This document shows positions 56,901 through 64,000 of a stretch of 64,000 nt of DNA, piece after piece. Both the position numbers and the translations under genes were made by a program. Each line of letters starts with the position of its first letter. Position 1 is the first letter of the stretch. The DNA is from Monocercomonoides exilis PA203. Taxonomy: Eukaryota; Protista; Preaxostyla. The notes beneath the pieces were generated by a model that worked only from the letters and a program-made list of their open reading frames with translations, ran no database searches and was not told the origin of the DNA. Location of the stretch: the NCBI GenBank assembly GCA_001643675.2, contig LSRY02000002.1, forward strand, positions 186,001-250,000, read 5' to 3'.

Positions 56901-58220
56901 ACTTGGAAGTGTGCTTTGGTCTGGATAAAAAAACAATCCACCACCATATGATACTGCCGAGCATGAAATGAACTGGATGCTCCTCATTTTAAATTGAACC
57001 GGAATGCCATAGCAATACATCCCTCCGCCACTTGAACCTGTAAGCGAGCACAAAGTGAATAAGCACTCAAATACACAAGCACTCTCACCTTTGCCGCTTT
57101 CTGTTCCAATACATGAAGATCCAGAAACATTAAAATTATAAAGATAAAGCCCTCCTCCAGCACCACTTGCTTTGCATTTCTGGAACTCGCAACCACTGAT
57201 CCTGACACATGACGAAATAGACCTGGCATACATCCCTCCTCCGTAATCATTTTTTGCTGTACAAGCATTGAACGAGTTGTTCTCAATCTTGACTGAATTG
57301 ATTGAATAGCAAAAAATACCTCCCCCAGCATAGTTTGCATAGCAATCATTGAAAGAACAAAATTTCACTGAAAGTGTTCCTGATGACAAACCATACATGT
57401 TAATCGCACCTCCACTCGATATTCCATCTGAATAAGAACTACTTGTTCCAGTGGTTTTTGACCCATTCCACACACACCAAGTGAATGAATTCGCCCCATT
57501 GTCTGCTATCTGCTGTCTCGCTGGTTTCGACGGATTCCCTTCACTCCCACTGATTGCAACATTCTGTGATCGATAGCACCTGACAAATGAGGTGTTCGAG
57601 GCAGCCAAGGATGATGAGGGGCTGTTCAGTGAAGGGACAATGCCCCCATCATACACATCCCACACTGATGAAAATGAGCATCCACTCATCAGAAACACTC
57701 TTTGGCTCGGCCCTTCATCCAAATGTGATATTTTTGGTGGATTTGTGGAGATGTTGAAGAATTCTAATTGGGAAAGAGAAACAAAGTGCGATGAAATGAA
57801 TGGGGCTGAAGACACACAAAATGATGAGAAATGAGAAGAACAAACAGAAACATGACATTTCTCTGAAATCTCCCCTTCCATTGCTTTTGAAGAGAAAAGT
57901 GGAGGGAATATCTGTTCTGTTAAGGTTGAAGATGATCTAAGGGAAATGTTGGTGAACAATCCACAGCTCCCACAAAAATCAAACGGCGATGTCTCTCTCT
58001 CAACTCCAATCACACAGCCACTCGCTACAATTACACTCCCCCTCATTCCGTACACCACACTTCCACGCTCATGCCTCGTCAATGTCATCCCTCTCAACTC
58101 AAATGAAGAATTACATGCACAAACGCACCCACTAACCACGCTCCCCTTCCACTCCTCATCCAAGCACATACTTATTCCCAATATACTCATAATCATCGCC
58201 ATATATATTATTTTAATCAT
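50934..58220 (-). CDS. Large single-pass beta-helix surface protein with 4 Cys stalk modules and a Lys/Glu-rich cytoplasmic tail (no kinase-like domain)
   Basis: 2428-aa ORF. Signal peptide MIKIIYMAMIMSILGISMC; GGAI/GGGI/GGGM + FxxC repeats; four CG...C modules; CRWDGS...NNPFIEGYPSLRRNIICS; TM WSLIAFIGCIIVLLIFVALFVVVVV at about 51724-51800. Confidence 0.9.
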   Translation of the reverse strand: MIKIIYMAMIMSILGISMCLDEEWKGSVVSGCVCACNSSFELRGMTLTRHERGSVVYGMRGSVIVASGCVIGVERETSPFDFCGSCGLFTNISLRSSSTLTEQIFPPLFSSKAMEGEISEKCHVSVCSSHFSSFCVSSAPFISSHFVSLSQLEFFNISTNPPKISHLDEGPSQRVFLMSGCSFSSVWDVYDGGIVPSLNSPSSSLAASNTSFVRCYRSQNVAISGSEGNPSKPARQQIADNGANSFTWCVWNGSKTTGTSSSYSDGISSGGAINMYGLSSGTLSVKFCSFNDCYANYAGGGIFCYSINSVKIENNSFNACTAKNDYGGGMYARSISSCVRISGCEFQKCKASGAGGGLYLYNFNVSGSSCIGTESGKGESACVFECLFTLCSLTGSSGGGMYCYGIPVQFKMRSIQFISCSAVSYGGGLFFYPDQSTLPSFNHYCYFFFFHDCRCTATSTPYGHDVYFEDYYNLFSSYNPFYDSCTTNSNEERVCYHGDNIKHTQKKDWLKNKTIYVGVYGNDSSNLCGMSESAPCKTVGHAVGSSMGKLITLIVVQSGRHGSEGTTISVGEKKIIITGKGKTMSVIGMNSLSSTSTTLFSISTGQLEVRHVGIDHNATRSPSPSVFVASVGSGSLSLEDVVINSSTSGGSGISASVFEVALRQLKMVNVEIKNMKTSQPLFTEPSSTGSAFEESLLGNLTIRNVNRTERDGVVVAKSVKEGEIFVVWNTTMEGCECKSGNGGGMKIELEGISSKARIGDSTSHSGGTTGFNQCKSSGCGGGILLRCEEGGSDFVMNGLTFGRGKKANTATYGGNNVFIEGTNLPQLVNSASFDFSFEIEGDGFDIKDLMGAENGNELKLIPVVVFFREKPSVGYVNGGNGGMDYHKCGYFDFACSTLIYAGTSVFDTSTATLKLVDGSSISDEMTLNTQEMNIDGDISKAKIGISEGGENVFLIKSEQAISFSSLEFSVSTFAESRKEYVFLCSSSTLRFEGCSFGAESEEIGVGLICGKGGKVELVKCELENIRMTETGMVTFDGAGVGGLIDEVIVRNVTRENVGRSLFELRNGGDVEIKNTTMNGSSFENGNEIEIGEGIDCEINNCSFKSIQRDNGNGGVLNGRVGSGKCVDINKCVFEGCRCESMSAIGGGIVMIVGDGGNLLFDDNKINGCTVAERSGKGGGLHLTFETTNIEYSVKNDDFANNVAEKGEDVYLVCGSPWTMLLPALWEGTATRVTAENKMWVLESSEQRKEDSLINYLFPRLGTDLFVSNTGNGLSSCGAKENPCSSVDIGFDRLNDEIERIMLVGAASVSKTINRGGKGLTIKGNEVTKKLVVEEGGKFELIEGDGQTHLTLSLLQISLPCSSSASASGDESIVEVRIGECFILDCLLSGGEGNTNTNGNECGKWIVIGNGGVIRIERTEMNGITFEGCGIARFGGGNMIFENCSLDGVETSGGGVIVGNCGSEITLRNMTALGCVVGAGSLITSNGGSSLRVDGESRFEDIETESVSGGCLKSEMKLNDLLEMGSSSILRCSANGNGGRGGGIYLDLSDNCVNNFALTTLTFKENVAAEGRDLFISCKKLNETVKKERFGFEYKYENGEGEWMAVDMKGIDRDHFEESVDLGLFLVEMKGMEVCVSREGYDTLGCGSDAFSCYSIDYGLTHLTSDFISLMFIVDESVIGEEINLEEMSLSSKSREMCKVEVESGIERTRGALLKTTGTVSLLRVNFVFDSNFIFQHESLISPEEGILELLNCSFVSKQSNEEGNIKLAIIPFHIINMEKGELQLDGCTMSNLILHESALYLSPSLPSVIDSFTICNSTIKTSLININECGQLNMEKFHSENITVEGNEESLISCLTMKKTMQLTNCTMDGISSKTTKGKLMKLEDCLDVKMDSCIFDGSAKERNEQYLNAEEEMCRWDGSLVDIVKSSVLMKDSTISNSAEGGITMSGGEMIVNDGRFENNNPFIEGYPSLRRNIICSDSGTLKVIRLKGGDGVLPNTSLWMLNEGCIFEGIISERDSSFFIPVLESVEEKEETDRMKLTFIGLLFIPCNLSFSVVKRKGEEKEIEKHDFDSNGFLSEKEAEGSVAKDLISSCGNEIEVSVSILFGNAELPSSTNSFVLKNKTETEPKGDVIMSKGEEKIEWSLIAFIGCIIVLLIFVALFVVVVVQLRKKQNGGGRRVEDGDIEESKNVGRGEWRKEDVAERVEEEEEEMRTLFVGEAVNEMGVPTEKGEESDVCKNKEMVGSGFDREEIIAVVPVNYVEIQTIASLQSCGEKGSMESTACAGGKKDQNMQKRDGKAKKGKRRKGKKQKQVEEADEIEDETRGSEIGLEKLSRVAADDGRNGKPTEYYIEICSGPNSHFSMIEEDSEEQGMKGIMEEEKEVVEEREREEIGEEKQKKRKKKKKRNQKRKEKFEFVEDVAGMRLLDAG

Positions 58221-59712
58221 TACTTTGTTTATAACAAGATAAAATTAAATTGATTTTCTTGTTGATCTTTATGGATCAAATACCCATTATTGTTTTCAAA
58301 TATTTGTAATTGTCTTTTTTGAATGCTTATTCACAATAATATATTATTTTTTAAAGTGTTAATAAATATTTTTTTTTTGTTATTTCATTATCATAACCAT
58401 ATTTGTATACACATGAATTTTGTGATTATTTAATTCCTCGTTTATTTGTTTGGTTGAATAAAGAATTTCTACAACATGAGTGAATTTATAATTAAAAATA
58501 ATTTTTTTTGATAATTTTTATTTAACTTGCAATTTTCGGATTCATGTTGATTTTCTTCATGTTTGATTGTTAATATTTGATTTGATTTCTTTTCATTTTA
58601 GATTTTTATTTTTGAATGAATAAAGTTCAAAAGCGCAGATGAATGACAGTATCATTTGTTTTCGAATTTCTTTGTAGTCAATTATTGATATTTCCTTGGC
58701 TAATGGAAAATTGAATTGAACGTTCAAAATGAAATTTGTTTCTTCGAGATATTGACATGGCATCCTCCATTATTGGCAATTATATTATTATTAATTAAAA
58801 AGACTATGGCCAGGAAAAGAAAATCAGCTGGACGTTCTTTTTCTGAATTGAAGAAAGCATTTGACAGCCAGCTGCGCCAAAGAAGCATCTGTTGGCACAA
58901 TAGAAGAGAAAAGAAGTTTAATGTTTGCTGGCATTTGTATTTTTTTATTTTTAGAATGTGGATTATTTTTGTGATTCCCATCAGCTCAGAGGAACGAAAT
59001 CAACAAAAATGAATTAAATGAGGAATATGCAATTATTTGTGCGAATATAGAGTCAAGCAATGAGAACTGTATATAAAGGAGATGGATGAAAGCTTATGGC
59101 ATTTGTTGGAACTGTTCATATTTTTTTGACAAAGAGCAAAAATGAAATAGAGGTGAATTGAGAAAATATATCTCATTTTTCACTGAAAAACCGGAGATTG
59201 AATCATTTTGCGGAGAAATGACAGAAAAAAAGGTGATTGATGAATCTTTTGGTAAAATTTTTTGTAAGATGGAAATGAATATTTCTTCTTCTTCTTCTTC
59301 TTCTTGATTGGTTGGTTGAAGCAAATGAGATACTGCTGTGCTGATGGTGAAATGGTCATTTGGTGTGTTAATTGAATGAATGAGTTTATATATTTTCAAA
59401 GAGAAAGAAAAGAAAAGATAGAAAGAAAGAATATTTTTTTCTATATTCGTTTGTACTTAATGATACATAAGAGAGGTCAGATAAAGGATATAAATATTTA
59501 AATGTGGAAAGAGGAGAAAGAAATGGAAGCAGGAGAAAGAAGAGGATGAGAAGAAGGGAATGAGGAATAGACTGAAGGGACATACACTGAGTGAAGGCGG
59601 ATGGCTTTTTTTGCAAAGAACGAAAACATAAATGTGTCATGTGGAGTGTAATTATTTTTTATTTATTATCTTTTTGATAAATAAAAGAACAGAGTAAATT
59701 ATGAAAAATTTC

Positions 59713-61188
59713 GGTAAGTGGGAACATAACGTACTTTTAAAAAAGGCTTTCATTTTGAAATCTTCTAAAAGAAATATCAATAATACGTTATTATAAAACT
59801 ATTTATGTGGTGAATGAAGAGATTTAAAAATGCCGAAATATAAATAAAAATTGATCACACCCACAATTTAATTTATTTATTTGTGCACATAAATTTTCAT
59901 TTTAGATGTATTTGTTATATATATAAATCATGAATTTTTTATTTTTTGAATATTTCCATCATTATGACATCCTGTTTGAATGATTCAAGCGTAGAAATAA
60001 GCAAAATGAATGAAGCTTTCTCTTGTCTTTCTTGTTCTTTCGATTGGCTTATTGAAAACATTCTTCAAAATAAGTTCAAAAGATGTCCAAAATGTAAAAA
60101 TAAAATGCGTATATATACAAGATCGGAGACAATGAGGCAATTTAGATGTTATAAATGTGGAAAGGCAACAAGCATTTTTGATGGAACTTCGTTCTGATAT
60201 TCAAAGATTCCAGTTAACAAACTTCTTCATATCTTTCTGTATTTTTCTCTAAAATTGAGCATCACTCAATCAAGCATTTTGCTTAATGTTAACAGAAAGA
60301 CAGTTGGATTCTGGTATTCACATTGCAGATCTATTTCTTCAAAAATTACAATGGAAAATTTCGAACCTATTGGGGGAGAGGGTCATATCGTGGAAGTCGA
60401 CGAAGCTATATTGAGAAAAAGAAAATTTCATAAAGGAAGGAAAAAGGCACAAGTCTGGCTTTTTGGAGGAATAGAAAGAAAGCGTGAAGATGGAGGAGGA
60501 AGATTTTTTATTATTCGCGTGAAGAACAGAAGCAGAAGAACCTTATTGCCTGTCATTTTAGCTAATATAAAACCAAAGACAACAATTTATAGTGATGAAT
60601 GGCGTGCTTACAACTGTCTAAATGATTTCAACTTCACTCATATGACTGTGTGTCGCAAATATCATTTTGTTGACCCAATTACAGGTGTTTGTACAAATGG
60701 AATAGAGGGTTTGTGGTCAAGGTTTCGTGCGTTTTTGCCCAGAACTGGTGCAAAAGACAAATTCATTGATGATTTCATTGCTAATTTCATGTTTCATTCA
60801 TCAAAGAATTACACTTTCAAAAAATTTGTCAAAGAAATAATGAACACACTTCCCACAGTTGATAAAGGAGACGATGATGAATCAAGTGATGCTGATGAAG
60901 ATGATGATTCAATGACCCCACTAGTGGATGACACTGATTCTGACAGCAGCAGCAGCAGTTTTGGAGCAGGAGATGGCTTATCTGCATCTGAGTATGAGGA
61001 TTCATAGAAATTTTTGTCCCACAATTGTCTTTTTAAAATATTTTTTTGTGAATTTTTATTTTCTCAAACACTTTTAAATCTCTTCATTCACCACATAAAT
61101 AGTTTTATAATAACGTATTATTGATATTTCTTTTAGAAGATTTCAAAATGAAAGCCTTTTTTAAAAGTACGTTATGTTCCCATTCACC
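59713..61188 (+). mobile_element. Merlin (IS1595/ISXO2-like) DNA transposon, 1476 bp, 117-bp TIRs, 8-bp TSD AAAATTTC
   Basis: 59713-59829 and 61072-61188 are near-identical inverted repeats beginning GG. AAAATTTC at 59705-59712 and 61189-61196. Internal ISXO2-type transposase. Confidence 0.95.
59964..61007 (+). pseudogene. Merlin/ISXO2-like DDE transposase with N-terminal Zn ribbon; single in-frame TGA at 60195-60197
   Basis: CPKC...CYKC zinc ribbon, then in the same frame FDGTSF*YSKIP, HTH, VEVDE, WLFGGIER, IYSDEWRAY, TNGIEGLW and an acidic Ser tail. Confidence 0.92.
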
Positions 61189-64000
61189 AAAATTTCTTTT
61201 TTTTGTAAAATGAGAATCAATCGATACCTCTTTTGATCACTCCCATTTGATTATTATTTAATTCGTAATTTTTTCTTTAATAATTATCTGAATTGAAAAT
61301 AAATTGAATTATTATTATTATTATTAAACCTGTGCAACAAGTGGCAAATTTTGCCAGTTACTGACACAGGTGACCGACAGGACGATTTTTCCATGATCAC
61401 AACCATAAATATTTTGTTCACACTCATCTCTTATTATTTAATCATTTTTAAAAGATAAAACATTTTTATTATATTTTCATTAAATATTTTTTTGATTGTT
61501 TCTAATTTTTCGAAAAAAGTGAAAATTATCTGAAAAAGAAAGTCATGTAAAATTGGTTTCAAAAACAAAATACGTCAGTTATTTATTATTTTTTTAGCTG
61601 GATTAATTATTCTATATAAATAAAACTAAGAAAAGGATATTCTCCAAAACTAATTTAAAAAAATTCAATTCAACAAATGTACCAAAATATTTTTTTCACT
61701 GACAAGATCTGTGAAACATGGAATATTTTATGTCACTGGAAGTCACTTCTGTCACTGGCAGTCAGCCTTGTCAATGAAATAAACGCGTTGGAAAAAGAAA
61801 CAGAATTACAAAATAAGTTGTTGAGCTTCTGAAATGTTTATGATTTCATTTTTCCATCAATTACAACCATAACTTTTCGTTCGATATTTGATTATCTTTC
61901 TTTTTCGTTAAAAGAACCAAACATGTATACAAAAATGAACTGAAGAATGCACATTGAAAGAATGCTTTTATTAATTATGGTTTGAAAATATACATATTTG
62001 TTTTTTTGATGATTTACCAATTCTTTGATTGATTAAATTTCTAAACAATATCCTTTATGTGATGAAAATTATTCCCACGAAAACAAATAAACTATATTTT
62101 GAAAATTGACATTACGAAGTTTTTGAATATTTGTTCCGGATCCTTTACTAAATAAAGGATCAAATTGCATTTTTTTCATATGGAGGTGACAAGCGATGGA
62201 AATACCTTTATGGAGCATTAAAACAGGCGATGAAAATAAACGTCTATGTAACCATATAGACAAAGGAATTGATCCAATTATCTCTAATGTTACAAGCTGG
62301 CGGAGTGAATCGTATTTGCTGAGCAATTATAGCCAGATATATTTCATTGAATGAGGAACATTTATGAAGTTTGTGTAATTATGTCATTGCTTTGTTAGCC
62401 TTGGAAAAATTATGACATCATTTCGAAATCTCTAACAAATTGATTTAAAAACCAACTTTTCATACAACTATTCATTATTCTTCACTGATGTTGAATGATT
62501 TCTTGGAGCTTAGTCATTTTCTTTTTTTTTTGAACCATATTCGAAAAAAAGCTTTCTTTCTCAACTCTCTCCGTTATAAAGTTATTTAAAAATCCAATAA
62601 TTGTTTGAAAATTGACGAAAACATCTGAATTGAGCAAAACAACTGAACACAGCAGATGTATTGCAGCAACGTGGAATGAATTGATACAGAAAGAAATGAG
62701 AGGCAACGTGACCCGATGAAAGAAAGACGAAGGATTTGGAATGTGCTATTTTTTCGTCAGAATGAAGCAACAAGTTTCTTGTGAAAAATTTTCTGAAGAA
62801 GAAAAGAAAGTTGCGGAATAATCATTGATTCTATTTTTTTCCCTTGAAATCATATATTGTTAAGTTTCTTTTCATTTTTATTTTTAAAAATTATTTAAAA
62901 TAAAAGAACTTATTAAAATCCTCAAGTGCATGTTTTTCTATTTTGCGAAATGAATAAAAAATTACAAAAAAGATAGAATAATGGAGATTCTGTTTTCATT
63001 GATTAGAATATGGTTTTACAATCACAAAATACTAATAAATTTCTAATGATAAAATATCATAATATTTTTTGTTCAGGAAATCAAATATTCCTTGTAAGAT
63101 AATGATTAAATTTACGTTCACTTCTTCTTCCAGCTTTTCAAACATCTTCCTTTTTATTGTCTTTCTTTCCTCTTCATCAGCTTCACCACTGTTTTTTCTT
63201 CTAATCTTTTTGAAACGTACAAAAAGAAATGCAAGCAATTCCATATGATTTTATCTTCCAAAGTTTATTGCTTCATTTCATCAAAACCAGCATTAATGTT
63301 TCCTCATCTCAACAGTGCAAACCCTTACACATTTCATATGTGATTCAATTCTTAATGAATTGAAGTATTTATTGTGAATTTCTTTGCAATTATCTCTTTT
63401 TGCTCGAAATGACTGAACAACTCTGCAAACAAGGCAAACATATTCTTCATAACTTTTATTGTGTGATAATTTGTTTTCTTTCATCACAAAGAACCATCTC
63501 TTTATTACTAACATTTCTTTCCCTTCTTTTTCTCCTCTTCTTTCTCCTATTCACTTCCAATCAATATTTTTAATCAGACTTTTAGGCTCCTTTATTGCCT
63601 CTCTGATAAAATGCAATTCTTTCACAATTGCTCATTCCAAAGATCAATCGCTGAGTATTGGGTGAATCAAAAACTCCCAAGAAGATTGATATGCAAGTTG
63701 AATAAGATAATGATGTTCCAGGCGATAATCAATAACTACTTTGATCTTATTCACATGCAGTTCTCTTTTCAATTCCTATGCAAAAAAAGAGGAAAATGCA
63801 ATAAAACAATATCAAAATTGTGAAAAAGGTTCTCAAACCCAATATCCAATATTTCCCAAAGCCAGCAACGCCATTTCCACATCTTTTTTTATTTCCTTGC
63901 TTTCTTTTTTCTTCAAGGCAACCGTTAGAAGGCAGGCACATAAACTGAAAGAGATTCGTTTGAAGCACATTCAACACACATCATCATATAGCATTCGCAA

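Noticed and set aside
60195-60197. Selenocysteine or programmed readthrough at the Merlin TGA
   Set aside because: Not at a catalytic Cys position and no SECIS recognised; a single nonsense mutation is simpler.
1-64000. Host using TAA/TAG=Gln throughout
   Set aside because: Four ORFs of 1800-4200 codons contain many Gln residues and no in-frame TAA/TAG.

Overview
AT-rich eukaryotic DNA with spliceosomal GT-AG introns. The host uses the standard genetic code: ORFs of 2000-4200 codons contain no in-frame TAA/TAG. Gene style suggests an anaerobic metamonad such as the oxymonad Monocercomonoides (inference only). Main content: (i) A family of giant single-pass surface proteins with Gly/Cys-rich parallel beta-helix (Pmp/pectin-lyase-like) repeats, represented by three intact genes (2010, 4184 and 2428 aa), one pseudogene and one fragment. 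They share a modular plan: variable head, 3-8 stalk modules, a conserved membrane-proximal domain, a TM helix and different cytoplasmic tails, one of them a C-lobe-only pseudokinase. (ii) A USP (C19) deubiquitinase with a 61-nt intron, poly-Ser inserts and two UIMs. (iii) Two G-rich TBC/Rab-GAP genes. (iv) A transposon-rich region at about 31-50 kb and 58-64 kb. It holds a near-intact Merlin/IS1595 element with an 8-bp TSD, a non-autonomous Merlin with a nested TA-flanked MITE, and a 2.3-kb IS630/Tc1 element whose transposase frame has seven internal TAA/TAG and no internal TGA, as if written in a TAR=Gln code. It also holds short palindromic arrays and microsatellites. No rRNA, tRNA or CRISPR was recognised.
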